DNA from: an uncultured Prochlorococcus sp.
GTDB taxonomy: Bacteria; Cyanobacteriota; Cyanobacteriia; PCC-6307; Cyanobiaceae
Reading direction: 5' to 3'
DNA length: 64,000 bases
Assembly (NCBI GenBank): GCA_902564535.1
Contig: CACFBG010000004.1
Location: 5,893-69,892, forward strand
Shown here: in pieces, positions 31,394 through 42,171 of the stretch
Numbering within the stretch: the first letter of the stretch is position 1
How the letters are laid out: the number at the start of each line of letters is the position of its first letter
The notes under the pieces: model-generated
What the model was told of the DNA's origin: nothing
Seen by the model: only the letters and a program-made list of their open reading frames with translations
Databases searched by the model: none
Position numbers and translations under genes: made by a program

Positions 31394-32841
31394 TCACTCC
31401 AGGTCGAATTTTCTGAGATTTTTCTTTCGTTAGCAAGCAAGCATACACTATTACTAGCTCTACTTATAGCAACATAAACTAACTGCCTTCTGAGTAATAA
31501 GTCTTTAGGCCAAAAAACATCTGAGGTAATGAATACATCCCCAAAAGTACTTCCTTGACTCCGATGAATCGTCAGAACAGAGGCAGGACCGAGGGAAGCA
31601 AAAGCATCTCTAATAAGAAAATATTTTCTCCACAAATTTCTCGCTTCCTCCTTATGAAGATCTTTTGCCTTATTTTTTAAACTCTGCAAAGTTGCTTCTA
31701 ATAGTTTCCTAGGTTGTGTATTTACTTGGGGCAGCAATCTTAAAGAAAGTTCCAATTCCCCTGATCTAATTCGAACAACTAAAGTTTTGATTATTGGTAT
31801 TTCTTTTTCCGAAAAAGAAGCCAAGCCAAAATCTGCCAAATCACAACTTTCTGGTTTGACATCTAAAACCACTAATTCTCTATTTGCCCCTAAGACCATA
31901 TCGGGCTCCTCTCCAACCAAGCCTCCATCATTAGAGGCAGGAGCCATAACAGCAGATCTTGTAATTAGGACCTCTCCAGGGAGCACAGGCAATTGATCTG
32001 CCATCTCTCCGTGAATAGCTCTTCTTGCATGAGGAACTAATCTCTCAAGGCTTCTATTTGTATAACAAAGAATCCTTGCCGAGTCAGGGTTCTCTTCAAT
32101 AGCAGCTTGCTTCAAAGCTGCCTTTGCTTTACCCAACCAATTATAGGAATCTAAGCAAGTAACAGAAGATATATGTTCTTTAACAATTGGAATACATGGT
32201 GGCTGAATACATTTAATTCGCCCTGATCTAATTGCATTTGCCAATTCCAAAACCTCACCTTTATTCCTAATAACTTCAGTTAATTCTGACTTAACTATTC
32301 TTTTCATAGCAAAGACTGAACTTGATTCTTCACCAACAGGAGGCAATTGAGCTGAATCTCCTACAAAAACAATTCTTGTTTTATATACATATGCACATTT
32401 TAAAACTATTTCTAATAATCTTTTATCAATCATTGAAGCTTCGTCTATTAGAACAAGACCAAGTTGCTCTAAAGAAGTATTAGTCTGCTTAGTCTCTTCA
32501 CAAATTTCTAGATCTCCTTTCCTCTTGATTTTTAATCTTAATAACCTATGAATTGTTGAAGGATACCAAGTTGGTCTTAATCCTTCTGATGCTAAGGCTT
32601 TATGTAAGACTCCAACTGCCTTATGAGTTGGAGCAACTGATGTCCAACAAAGTTTTTTCTTTTCAACTAAGTTTAAAAACTTGATAGACAAAAAAGTCTT
32701 TCCACTTCCTGCATATCCACTAAGAAGAAATGGAACTCCATCATTGGCTTTATTCAACCAATCTTTAAAATTAATTAAAGCCTTAGTTTGATCTTTTGTA
32801 AGTTCCTCTGACAACACAAGATAAGGGTTACTTTTAATCAA
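31366..32841 (-). CDS. Stand-alone SF1B (RecD/Pif1/Dda-like) helicase or ATPase
   Basis: Walker A GYAGSGKT, Walker B LIDEASM, GD..QLPPV, and C-terminal TIHRSQGSTF and VAISRA motifs. Confidence 0.7.
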   Translation of the reverse strand: MIKSNPYLVLSEELTKDQTKALINFKDWLNKANDGVPFLLSGYAGSGKTFLSIKFLNLVEKKKLCWTSVAPTHKAVGVLHKALASEGLRPTWYPSTIHRLLRLKIKRKGDLEICEETKQTNTSLEQLGLVLIDEASMIDKRLLEIVLKCAYVYKTRIVFVGDSAQLPPVGEESSSVFAMKRIVKSELTEVIRNKGEVLELANAIRSGRIKCIQPPCIPIVKEHISSVTCLDSYNWLGKAKAALKQAAIEENPDSARILCYTNRSLERLVPHARRAIHGEMADQLPVLPGEVLITRSAVMAPASNDGGLVGEEPDMVLGANRELVVLDVKPESCDLADFGLASFSEKEIPIIKTLVVRIRSGELELSLRLLPQVNTQPRKLLEATLQSLKNKAKDLHKEEARNLWRKYFLIRDAFASLGPASVLTIHRSQGSTFGDVFITSDVFWPKDLLLRRQLVYVAISRASNSVCLLANERKISENSTWSDQFDSFIKN

Positions 32842-33350
32842 AGAAAATGCAAACCCAACATATTTATTATATGAAGTGGTGATCCTATGAAGGCTATCCC
32901 TGGCAAAGCAACTATTGGACCAATAAGACTTCCAACCAAAACTTCTAATTTTGTATGTCCTAATGTCTCCTTTAACTCAAATTCAGGAGAATCCTCCCAT
33001 AAAGAATTTGGAAGAAGATTTACACGTGATGCAGTTAATCCTGCTGAACGCCTTATCCCACTTGCATCATACATAACAATAAAAGCAATTGTTACTGCCA
33101 AGGCAAAAATAGGATTATCAAAGCCCAATTCGTATCCAACTCCTGATGCTGTCCCAGTAACCAAAGCTGAATGACTGGAAGGCATTCCACCTGTCTCAAA
33201 AAGTATCAATGGCCTCCATTTCTTATTTAAAAATAACTCAAAAAAAAGTTTAAGGAATTGAGCACTTCCACATGCTAAAAGTCCCCAAAATAGAACAGTG
33301 TTATCAAACAACTGTTCAACAATATTCAAAGAAGAATGTGCAATATTCAT
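32838..33350 (-). CDS. Divergent PAP2 / acid-phosphatase-vanadium-haloperoxidase-related membrane protein (DUF212)
   Basis: GGMPSSHSA and YDA.G.RR motifs with 4-5 hydrophobic segments. Both ends overlap neighbouring genes by 4 nt. Confidence 0.7.
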   Translation of the reverse strand: MNIAHSSLNIVEQLFDNTVLFWGLLACGSAQFLKLFFELFLNKKWRPLILFETGGMPSSHSALVTGTASGVGYELGFDNPIFALAVTIAFIVMYDASGIRRSAGLTASRVNLLPNSLWEDSPEFELKETLGHTKLEVLVGSLIGPIVALPGIAFIGSPLHIINMLGLHFL

Positions 33351-34249
33351 CTATCCCTATTTGTAATATAATCAGCCAAAGCAAACAATGGAGCAGCGCT
33401 ATCTTTCCATGGTTCTAAAGCTTTTTTAGATTTATTAACTAATTCATTTGCACGTCTTCGGGATTCATCCAACCCTAATAATTTTGGATAGGTGGTTTTG
33501 TCAGCAATTAAATCTTTCCCTGCTGTTTTTCCTAGGACCTCACTACTTGCAGTCACATCAAGAATGTCATCAATAATTTGAAAAGCCAATCCAATTCCTC
33601 TTGCATAAATCCCTAATGCATTAAGTAAATCTTCCTGGGCTCCTCCAATCAACCCTCCGCAAGTTACACAAGCCTTAAGGAGCGCTCCTGTCTTATGGAG
33701 ATGAATGAACTCTAAAGTCTCTAGATCAACTTTCTTACCTTCGCATTGAAGATCAACAACTTGTCCCCCCACAAGGCCTGGAGCGCCAGCGACTAATGAC
33801 AATTCTCCAACTACTTTCAATAATCTTTCAGAGGACACACCCTGCGTACGAATAGCAACCATTTCAAAGGCTCTAGTCAAAAGAGCATCCCCCGCCAAAA
33901 TAGCAATAGCATCTCCATAAACCTTGTGATTTGTAGGTCTTCCTCTCCTCAAATCGTCATTATCCATAGAAGGCAAATCATCATGTATTAGTGACATGGT
34001 ATGAATCATTTCCAAAGCTACAGCTGTTGGAATTGCCTGATCAGAGTTACCTCCAGCAAGCTCACATGCAGCCAAACAAAGTATTGGTCTTAATCTCTTC
34101 CCACCTGCCAGCAGGGAATATCTCATTGACTCCCTTAATGTCTCGGGATTCTCGGGCCCAAGAGATTCATCCAATGCAGATTCAACACGAGCTCTAGCTT
34201 TCTCCAAATAAGCGGAGAATTCAAAAGTAGAACTTACCGCTTCTGCCAT
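33347..34249 (-). CDS. crtE: Geranylgeranyl pyrophosphate synthase (polyprenyl synthetase family)
   Basis: First and second Asp-rich motifs ([26 protein letters not shown]) and GKRLRP. Confidence 0.85.
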   Translation of the reverse strand: MAEAVSSTFEFSAYLEKARARVESALDESLGPENPETLRESMRYSLLAGGKRLRPILCLAACELAGGNSDQAIPTAVALEMIHTMSLIHDDLPSMDNDDLRRGRPTNHKVYGDAIAILAGDALLTRAFEMVAIRTQGVSSERLLKVVGELSLVAGAPGLVGGQVVDLQCEGKKVDLETLEFIHLHKTGALLKACVTCGGLIGGAQEDLLNALGIYARGIGLAFQIIDDILDVTASSEVLGKTAGKDLIADKTTYPKLLGLDESRRRANELVNKSKKALEPWKDSAAPLFALADYITNRDR

Positions 34250-34291
34250 GGGATTTTTCTTACTGGCTGAATTCTCTCAGTATGAACCATC

Positions 34292-35185
34292 CTATAGAAG
34301 CAAATCGCCAAGACTAAAGGACAAACCGCAATGTTCTTGCCACCGACTTACTGTATTTACTAAAAGCATTGCAACTGTCATAGGGCCAACACCACCAGGA
34401 ACTGGAGTAATTGCTTGAACCAAAGGTTCAAGCTCTTCAAAACGTACATCCCCGCATAATCTTGACCTACCTTGATTATCTGTAATTCGATGAATTCCCA
34501 CATCTATAACAACAGAATTTTTTCTAATATGTTCTTCTCCAATCAAATTTGGTTGTCCTGCAGCAACAACTAGCAAATCTGCCTGTTTTGTTATATGTGC
34601 AAAATCCTTTGTTTTTGAGTGAACGACAGTGACAGTGGCATTTGCAGCTTGCAACATTAATGCCATAGGCTTACCCACCAAAATACTCCGCCCAATAACT
34701 ACAGCTCTCTTCCCTTCTAAAGAAATTTTATTCCTTGACAATAAAGCCATTACACCAGCGGGAGTGCAAGAACGAGGTCCCACTTCTCCCTTCAAAAGTT
34801 TCCCAAGGTTATATGAATGTAGCCCGTCTACATCTTTGTTTGGAAGCATCTCCTTTAGAAGAATTCCTTCATCAATTCCTTTTGGCAAAGGCAATTGCAA
34901 CAGGATTCCATCAAATAAATTATTGTCATTTAATTCTTGAATCTTTGCTTTAATCTCATTGTTTGTTGCCTCCTTAGATAGATGGAACACAGAACTCCTA
35001 ACACCTACTCTTGAGCAAGCCTTTTCTTTATTGGATACGTACACTCCACTTGCAGGATCATCTCCAACTCTTATAACTGCTAAGCCTGGAGGCCTTCCTA
35101 CTTTAGGAAGACCAGCATTAATTTCCTCCTTAAGTCGAAGCTCCAATTCATGAGCTAATTTTTTACCATCGAGCCTAATAGTCAT
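34292..35185 (-). CDS. folD: Bifunctional methylenetetrahydrofolate dehydrogenase/cyclohydrolase
   Basis: YV..K.KA, DG.L.QLPLP, TP.G, VIGRS..VGKP and PGGVGPMT motifs. Confidence 0.95.
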   Translation of the reverse strand: MTIRLDGKKLAHELELRLKEEINAGLPKVGRPPGLAVIRVGDDPASGVYVSNKEKACSRVGVRSSVFHLSKEATNNEIKAKIQELNDNNLFDGILLQLPLPKGIDEGILLKEMLPNKDVDGLHSYNLGKLLKGEVGPRSCTPAGVMALLSRNKISLEGKRAVVIGRSILVGKPMALMLQAANATVTVVHSKTKDFAHITKQADLLVVAAGQPNLIGEEHIRKNSVVIDVGIHRITDNQGRSRLCGDVRFEELEPLVQAITPVPGGVGPMTVAMLLVNTVSRWQEHCGLSFSLGDLLL

Positions 35186-35255
35186 GCAGAAGAAAGGGGC
35201 TAACTACCTCATCCACAGATTAGATAGCTAAGGTAAAAGACATGTACAAAATGCT

Positions 35256-37331
35256 GTGGCAAGAATAATCCGTTTAACAAAACTCTGGCGCGGCTGGGTA
35301 AGGAGTGAATCACCTAGGCGCTCAGTTCTTTCCTGGTCCAGCCCTGATAAGGCTGGGTTGATAATCCTTTGTTTTTTAATAGCAATAATTTCAAGTTCAC
35401 ATTTGTTGCAAGTTCCTGATATCCGTCCTGGGATGCCTGCCCCTAAAGATGAATTTGCACCTAAAGACGCTTTAGTCCAATATAAAGTTCCTCAAACACA
35501 AAAAGAAAAAAATTCAATAAAAAGTCCTATTTTCGTACAAGTAATAGATATCAATCAATCAAAATTACTAAAAGATAAACTGCAAGAGAATCTTAAAGAA
35601 TTAGAACTTTTTTCTAATCAAAGTGATGCTGACCGAATTGGTCCAGTAAATTTGAATGAAGAGGAGCAAAATTGGCTCCTAAAAAGAAATAAAACCAATA
35701 AGAAATACTGGAATAATGAAGTTAATCTTGCAGCTGAAAGGATGTTGAGCCAAGGTCTTGTTAGTTCAATTGGCTTTGAACAATTACGCGAAGCTTCATC
35801 CCTTCAACTGGTTAAGTTGGGAGACAAAAAAGATCCTTCTAGAAATTTAGGAAGTAAATTAATAGCTAAGACCTTTCATGGTAGAAGTAATCTACGTAAA
35901 GATTCAACTTTACAAGGATTATTAGAAGATACTATTAACAAAACAATACCACCTATTCAAGTAAAGAAAGGGGATATAATTACAAAAAAAGGAGAAAAAA
36001 TAAAACCCGAAGAATATTTCGTCTTAGAGCATTTTAAATTAGTCAAAAAGAGTCCAAGACCACTTGCTTTTTTTGGAACCTTTAGTGAAGCCCTAGCTAG
36101 CTGCTGGGTATTACTATTAATAATGAGAAGAGAACGGCCATGTCTTCAAGCAAGACATGGATTTCTTGCTTTGGGTTTAATACTAATTGCTCAAGTAATT
36201 GCTCAAACAAGCAAGATATTAATAGGCTTTCCTATTAGCCCTCTTGCAATATTAGTTCCACCTACTTTATTACTAGCTCAAGGACTAGGTTCTACTATTT
36301 CATTAACTTGGCTAGCAATTACAAGCTTAATTTGGCAAATACCAATTAATGGCTTAGGAGAAGGGAAATTGATTGTAGCTTGGTTTGTCTCAGCCTTAAT
36401 GGCACTGCAAGTGGGCCGTATAAGAAGTAGAGCTCAATTATTACAAATCACTTTTTTATTACCCTTTGGAGGACTATTAGGGGAATGGTTTTTCCTTAGA
36501 GGTCGTGACATATCAAACTCATCAGATGAGCTTGTATATGAAGCAATAGTTCTTGGATCTATGTTAATGCTAACTATATTACTAATACCAATATTAGAAA
36601 GTACTTTTGAACTGATTACGAGAGCAAGGTTAATGGAATTAGCTGATCACGAGCGACCATTATTAAGAAGACTTTCTCTAGAAGCACCTGGCACTTTTGA
36701 GCACACCTTAAGAATCTGTGGGTTAGCAGAAGAAGGCGCAAGAACAATAGGAGCTGATGTTGATTTAATCAGGACAGGGGCTCTTTATCATGATGTTGGC
36801 AAACTTCATGCTCCTGAATGGTTCATAGAAAATCAAACAACAGATGAAAATCCTCATGAAAAAATGAATAATCCAATTGCTAGCACTCAGATACTTCAGG
36901 CACATGTAGATGAGGGGTTAAAACTTGCGAAGAAACATCGTTTACCTAAACCAATAGCAGACTTCATTCCAGAACACCAAGGCACTTTAAAAATGGGCTA
37001 TTTCCTTCATAAAGCCAAGACAATTGACCCCTTAATTAAAGAAGAGCTTTTTCGTTACAAAGGTCCAATCCCAAGGTCAAGAGAAACTGCAATACTTATG
37101 CTTGCGGATGGATGTGAAGCTGCTCTTAGAGCATTAGATCCAAAGACAAATGATAACGAAGCAATTAGAACCGTTAGAAGTGTTATTGAGACAAGGCAAT
37201 TGGATGGACAACTAAAAGAAAGTAGCCTCACAAGAGCTGAGGTTGAATTAGTTATAAGAGCCTTTGTTAGAGTTTGGAGGAGGATGCGTCATAATAGAAT
37301 TGCGTACCCAATTAGCACTAGGAATAAATAA
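35256..37331 (+). CDS. 7TM-receptor-type HD/HDIG phosphohydrolase (YqfF/PgpH family)
   Basis: Long extracytoplasmic N-terminal region, a 7TM block, then an HD domain (HTLRICGLAEE, LYHDVGK, EHQGT, ADGCEAA). Confidence 0.8.
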   Translation: MARIIRLTKLWRGWVRSESPRRSVLSWSSPDKAGLIILCFLIAIISSSHLLQVPDIRPGMPAPKDEFAPKDALVQYKVPQTQKEKNSIKSPIFVQVIDINQSKLLKDKLQENLKELELFSNQSDADRIGPVNLNEEEQNWLLKRNKTNKKYWNNEVNLAAERMLSQGLVSSIGFEQLREASSLQLVKLGDKKDPSRNLGSKLIAKTFHGRSNLRKDSTLQGLLEDTINKTIPPIQVKKGDIITKKGEKIKPEEYFVLEHFKLVKKSPRPLAFFGTFSEALASCWVLLLIMRRERPCLQARHGFLALGLILIAQVIAQTSKILIGFPISPLAILVPPTLLLAQGLGSTISLTWLAITSLIWQIPINGLGEGKLIVAWFVSALMALQVGRIRSRAQLLQITFLLPFGGLLGEWFFLRGRDISNSSDELVYEAIVLGSMLMLTILLIPILESTFELITRARLMELADHERPLLRRLSLEAPGTFEHTLRICGLAEEGARTIGADVDLIRTGALYHDVGKLHAPEWFIENQTTDENPHEKMNNPIASTQILQAHVDEGLKLAKKHRLPKPIADFIPEHQGTLKMGYFLHKAKTIDPLIKEELFRYKGPIPRSRETAILMLADGCEAALRALDPKTNDNEAIRTVRSVIETRQLDGQLKESSLTRAEVELVIRAFVRVWRRMRHNRIAYPISTRNK

Positions 37332-37376
37332 TTTGAGGTCAGAAAATATTAAAAAAAGTATAAAATAATAAGCGCA

Positions 37377-37769
37377 TTAAAGTCTTCTTATTTTCCTATG
37401 TATAGGCCTACACCAGTAGATCAAGCCCAGCAAGTTTAAAGTCGCCAAGAGCAAGGAAAGTGAACTTATTGATTGAATATCTTTAACAAGAATTAATCGC
37501 ACTATTCCATAAGGCAATGAAGCCGCTAAAGCCATAGATATCGCAATTATAGAAAGAATTACGCCCCAAGTCCGTTCAGCCAAGAGACCAGCACAAGCAA
37601 CTATTCCAACTATTGCAGCAGGCCAAGCAAGACTTATTGCCAAACTTATATTTGCAGCCTGCATTGGAGGACCAGCGAATGCAACAATTGCAATCAAAGG
37701 TAAGGCAGCGACATTAGATAGAAGGCCTATCCAAGTCATAATCCAATATCCCCTGGCTGAACTACTCAT
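37377..37769 (-). CDS. Hypothetical 4-TM membrane protein
   Basis: ORF with four hydrophobic segments. Confidence 0.4.
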   Translation of the reverse strand: MSSSARGYWIMTWIGLLSNVAALPLIAIVAFAGPPMQAANISLAISLAWPAAIVGIVACAGLLAERTWGVILSIIAISMALAASLPYGIVRLILVKDIQSISSLSLLLATLNLLGLIYWCRPIHRKIRRL

Positions 37770-37907
37770 AATAAGAACTCATCATAAATCTAAAAATAGT
37801 TTTAAACGCTTTACAAGAGAACTTACATTAGAAAGATCACATGAAACTTATTTTAAGAATAAATTTAAAAATAAACAATGGAAATATTTTTAATTAATCG
37901 GAAGCAA

Positions 37908-38219
37908 TTAAACGTAGTCGGGGAGATTAGAAGATTTAACTTTGGAAACCTTTTCACGAAATGATTGCTGACGATCTCCTCTTGAATTTATCTTCACTGT
38001 TGTATAAATCCTATGAACTCCATGCATATGAACAGCCTGATGACATTCCTTAACACAATCAAAAACTTCTTCCCATTCCCCCTCTATAGCAGTGCCATTA
38101 GGGCCTAACTCATATTCCAGACCTTTATTCTGGATGATTTTTTCACAAAGAGCTACAAAAGGAGCCAAGGAACTTGAAACTCCTAGAGGAACAACACACA
38201 AATCAATGCTTACCCACAT
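37908..38219 (-). CDS. MTH1187/YkoF-type (UPF0045) thiamine-binding-fold protein
   Basis: Pattern ...V.PLG...S.AP.VA.....I...GL.YELGP.GT.IEGEW.EV, with typical size and layout for the family. Confidence 0.65.
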   Translation of the reverse strand: MWVSIDLCVVPLGVSSSLAPFVALCEKIIQNKGLEYELGPNGTAIEGEWEEVFDCVKECHQAVHMHGVHRIYTTVKINSRGDRQQSFREKVSKVKSSNLPDYV

Positions 38220-38249
38220 TTTCGAATAAAGAGAGATTTATTCACTCAA

Positions 38250-38277
38250 CCCGCTAATTGTTTAAACAATTAGCGGG
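38250..38277. repeat. Perfect 28-bp palindrome CCCGCTAATTGTTT|AAACAATTAGCGGG
   Basis: Read directly from the sequence. It covers the last 7 codons and the stop of the 38254..38484 ORF, and lies in the 34-nt gap before the next gene. Confidence 0.95.
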
Positions 38278-38484
38278 ATACCCAATCGTTCTCCAAGAGC
38301 CACTAAGTGTCATCACCTCAATTCCAATGCCTCTCTGACTAATAGAACAATTCATACCTTGACCTGAACACCAAGTTTTAGCCGCAAACATAGCGGCCTC
38401 TATTGATTCATACGGGGCATCCAAAACTGGATGTGGACATCCATCCAAACCAATCAATCTATAGAGCTTTTGATGAAGTGCCAT
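38254..38484 (-). CDS. Hypothetical small protein (76 aa, 4 Cys)
   Basis: ORF with non-repetitive composition, sitting between leuA and the UPF0045 gene on the same strand. Confidence 0.4.
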   Translation of the reverse strand: MALHQKLYRLIGLDGCPHPVLDAPYESIEAAMFAAKTWCSGQGMNCSISQRGIGIEVMTLSGSWRTIGYPANCLNN

Positions 38485-38631
38485 TTATGTTCGCTTGCTC
38501 AACCGTCCATAATGATCTCATTTTTAGTCCAACCTTGCAAATCTCCTTGGTATAGCTTGTTTTTGGACATTAAAATGAAATCTCTACTCACCAAATTCTC
38601 TTGATGATTTCATATAGTCTTCCTTATCTTA

Positions 38632-40254
38632 TTAAATAGCTGGTTTAGCCTGGAAATCAGCTACATCCTTTTGTGGATGAAGTGTTTTTGAACCTTGTGC
38701 GGCAATCAAACGATTCAATGCATTTATATAAGCCTGAGCAGAAGCAACAACTACATCAGTATCAGCAGAATGTCCAGAGAAAAGCTCACCTTCACTTCTT
38801 AGTCGAATAGTGACTTCTCCCATTGCGTCAATACCTTCGGTCACTGATTTCACTGAAAATTCCACTAGTTCATTTGGAACACCTGATAAGGCTTCCAACG
38901 CCCTACAAACAGCATCTACTGGTCCTGTTCCTAAAGCAACAGTAGTTTGCTCATTTTCTTCTTGATCAGCAAGAGTTATTGTTGCTGTTGGTTTCAAAGA
39001 ACTCCCGCAACTTACTTGAACTAAACGCAACTGAAAAAAGGATTCTGGTTGTTGTACCTGTTCACTAACAATTGCTTCAAGATCTCTATCGCTAATATCT
39101 CTTTTCCTATCAGCTAAATCCTTAAAACGAGCGAAAGCCTCATTTAAATCTTCTCTGCTTAAATCATAACCTAATTCTTCTAATCTTGCTCGAACTGCAC
39201 TTCTTCCACTAAGTTTTCCCAAAGATATTTTATTATCAGTCAATCCTACTGTTTTAGCATCAACTATTTCATATGTAAGACGATTTTTAAGTACCCCATC
39301 TTGATGAATTCCTGATTCATGAGCAAAAGCATTTGCTCCAACTATTGCCTTATTAGGTTGAACAACCATGCCAGTTAAATTAGAAACTAATCTGGAGGTT
39401 TTAGTTATTTCTTCTGTTCGAACCGCCGTTAATGGAGTTGGGCAAAGAGCCTCTCTACCAAAAAAAGGATTGAAAAAACTTCTTCTTACATGCAATGCCA
39501 TTACTAACTCTTCGAGAGCAGCATTCCCAGCCCTTTCACCTATCCCATTAATTGTGCACTCAAGTTGTCTAGCTCCTCTTTTAACTGCCTCAAGAAAATT
39601 TGCGACAGCCAAGCCTAAATCATTATGACCATGTACAGATAAAATTGCATCATCAATATTAGCTACATTATTATTTATACCTTCTATTAACCCACCAAAT
39701 TCAGATGGTGTTGTATATCCAACAGTATCAGGAATATTAATAGTATTAGCTCCTGATAGTATTGCTTGTTCTATTACCTCATATAAGAATTCAGGGTCAC
39801 TTCTTCCTGCATCTTCACAAGAGAATTCAACATCTTCTACTAATGATTTTGCATATTGAACCATCTCCGGAACTATTTGAAGTACATCTTTCCTTGATTT
39901 ACGTAATTTATGCTCTAGATGAATATCGCTAGTAGCAATAAAAGTGTGAATTCTCTTCTTCGGAGCAGGAGAAATTGCATCAGCACAAACTTTTATGTCT
40001 TTAAAAGAGGCTCGAGCCAAACCACAGATAATTGGGCCTTCTGATCCTCCAACATGCTCAGCAATCTTCTGTACAGCAGAAAAGTCTCCTTGACTTGCGA
40101 AAGGAAAGCCTGCCTCTATTACATCAACCCCTAAACGAGCTAATTGATGAGCAATAGCAAGTTTCTCCTCCAAATTTAGGCTTGCGCCTGGAGATTGCTC
40201 ACCATCTCTAAGCGTTGTGTCAAAAATTAAAATTCGGCCTGGATCTTTGGCCAT
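38632..40254 (-). CDS. leuA: 2-isopropylmalate synthase
   Basis: [18 protein letters not shown] and HESGIHQDG motifs, plus a C-terminal LeuA dimerisation/regulatory domain. Confidence 0.95.
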   Translation of the reverse strand: MAKDPGRILIFDTTLRDGEQSPGASLNLEEKLAIAHQLARLGVDVIEAGFPFASQGDFSAVQKIAEHVGGSEGPIICGLARASFKDIKVCADAISPAPKKRIHTFIATSDIHLEHKLRKSRKDVLQIVPEMVQYAKSLVEDVEFSCEDAGRSDPEFLYEVIEQAILSGANTINIPDTVGYTTPSEFGGLIEGINNNVANIDDAILSVHGHNDLGLAVANFLEAVKRGARQLECTINGIGERAGNAALEELVMALHVRRSFFNPFFGREALCPTPLTAVRTEEITKTSRLVSNLTGMVVQPNKAIVGANAFAHESGIHQDGVLKNRLTYEIVDAKTVGLTDNKISLGKLSGRSAVRARLEELGYDLSREDLNEAFARFKDLADRKRDISDRDLEAIVSEQVQQPESFFQLRLVQVSCGSSLKPTATITLADQEENEQTTVALGTGPVDAVCRALEALSGVPNELVEFSVKSVTEGIDAMGEVTIRLRSEGELFSGHSADTDVVVASAQAYINALNRLIAAQGSKTLHPQKDVADFQAKPAI

Positions 40255-40596
40255 TTCACAAAATCAAAGGTTTAGCCAAATTGACTAAGTTTAATTAATT
40301 CTAAATCAAATTTGACTAACACTTATAAATTTACTGAGATTAGTAAGTTTAGGAAAGTATGAGGATCAATCAATATAAGGGTTTTTGGCAATTTCGAAGA
40401 TATTAAAAATTCATGAAACCCAAATAAAAAACACTTATATTTGCTTAATTTGAAATTTCCGTCCCTTAGGAAAGATTTTCCAGTCAGAGTTAGAGCTCAA
40501 TATTGTTTCTAAAAAATCTAATATCACTAAAATTAGTAGCTTTATATCTGCAAAGAGCTGAGGACGTTATAAATTCAGTCAAATTGTGCAGGAAAT

Positions 40597-42171
40597 TTGG
40601 CTAAAGGTGAACTAGCACTTGTCCTACATGCTCATCTTCCTTATGTAAGGTCAGCTGAAAAAAATTCCCTAGAAGGTGACTGGTATTTTCAGGCACTTTT
40701 AGAGAGTTATTTACCTTTGCTTGAAGTGCTTGAGGAAAAAAGAAATTCAAATGTCCAAAAAGCAAAAATAACTCTTGGATTATCTCCAACATTATTATCA
40801 TTATTAGCTGATCCAGACTTAAAGGACATTTTTCCCACTTGGATATCTAATCGGCTTCAATTACTTCAACAAGCAACTTCAGATCAAAAAGACGCCTCCA
40901 ATCACCTATCAGAATTTATTAAGAAGCAATTTAATTTCTGGCAACAATGCAATGGTGATTTAATTGGTCGTTTTGCTTTATTACAAAAACAAGGAATTTT
41001 AGATATTTTGACTTGTGCTGCAACTCATGGATATCTTCCGCTCCTCAGAGAGAATCCAGAGGCAATTAGGGGACAATTAAAAACCGCTGTTTTAGAACAT
41101 AAAAGATTATTTAAAGAAAAACCTCTTGGTATATGGCTACCAGAATGTGCATATTATGAAGGGCTAGATAAATTAATTAAGGAGGCTGATTTAAAATATG
41201 CCATTCTAGATGGGCATGGACTTTTGCATGCAAATCCCAGGCCTAAGTTTGGAATCTATGCTCCAATTTGTTCCAGCAATGGAATAGCATTTTTCGGTCG
41301 AGATAGTGAATCTACTCTTCCAGTATGGTCTGCCAAAGATGGTTACCCTGGAGATGGAGTATATAGAGAATTCCACAAAGATATGGGCTGGGAAATTCCA
41401 ATAGAAAGTTTAAATAAAATCGGAATAAAGGAAAGAAGGCCTTTAGGTTTAAAACTTTATAAAGTGACTGATCAAAATACACTTTTAAAAAATAAAGAAC
41501 TATATGAGCCTGAAAAGGCTTGCAAAAAGGTCAAGGAGCATGCATCAAAATATCTGCAAGATCGAAGTAAACAACTAATTAAACTTAAATCTTTAATGGG
41601 TAAAGACCCTTTACTGGTTGCACCTTTTGATGCGGAGCTTTTTGGTCATTGGTGGTTTGAAGGCCCTTTATTCTTATCAGAGATTTTTAAGAATTCATAC
41701 AAATATGATATTAAACTAACTAGGCTTAGAGATGTCCTATCAGCCAATCCAATTATTCAATTATCAAACCCTAGTCCTTCTAGTTGGGGCGCAGGTGGAT
41801 ATCACTCTTATTGGATAAATGAAAGTAATTCTTGGCTAGTAATTGAATGGGAAAAAGCTTCAAAAGAATTCATAAATGCATGCAGCAAAGAAGATATTCA
41901 GCCACTTGAATTAAGATTCTTAAAGCAAGCAGCTAGAGAACTACTCTTATCACAATCATCAGACTGGAGCTTTATTCTTAGAGCAGGAACAACTACTCAA
42001 TTAGCAAAAGAAAGAATAAATCTACATCTTAGTAGATTTTGGGACCTAATAACTATTGTTCAGTGTGGAGATAAATCCGTTAACAAAGTATTTCTAAATA
42101 AGATAGAAAAAGAAGATTCATTATTCCCTTTAATAAATATTAAAGACTGGGAGAAAAATGATTACTATTAA
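40597..42171 (+). CDS. Glycoside hydrolase family 57 protein (GH57 alpha-glucan branching-enzyme-like, with DUF1957-type C-terminus)
   Basis: LALVLHAHLPYV, WLPECAY and FDAELFGHWW motifs. TTG start. Confidence 0.8.
   Translation: MAKGELALVLHAHLPYVRSAEKNSLEGDWYFQALLESYLPLLEVLEEKRNSNVQKAKITLGLSPTLLSLLADPDLKDIFPTWISNRLQLLQQATSDQKDASNHLSEFIKKQFNFWQQCNGDLIGRFALLQKQGILDILTCAATHGYLPLLRENPEAIRGQLKTAVLEHKRLFKEKPLGIWLPECAYYEGLDKLIKEADLKYAILDGHGLLHANPRPKFGIYAPICSSNGIAFFGRDSESTLPVWSAKDGYPGDGVYREFHKDMGWEIPIESLNKIGIKERRPLGLKLYKVTDQNTLLKNKELYEPEKACKKVKEHASKYLQDRSKQLIKLKSLMGKDPLLVAPFDAELFGHWWFEGPLFLSEIFKNSYKYDIKLTRLRDVLSANPIIQLSNPSPSSWGAGGYHSYWINESNSWLVIEWEKASKEFINACSKEDIQPLELRFLKQAARELLLSQSSDWSFILRAGTTTQLAKERINLHLSRFWDLITIVQCGDKSVNKVFLNKIEKEDSLFPLINIKDWEKNDYY

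Noticed and set aside
38560-38620. 8-bp inverted repeat ATGAAATC...GATTTCAT downstream of leuA, considered as a terminator
   Set aside because: The stem is short and AT-rich, the loop is long (about 23 nt), and no U-run follows on the leuA strand. This is not enough to call.
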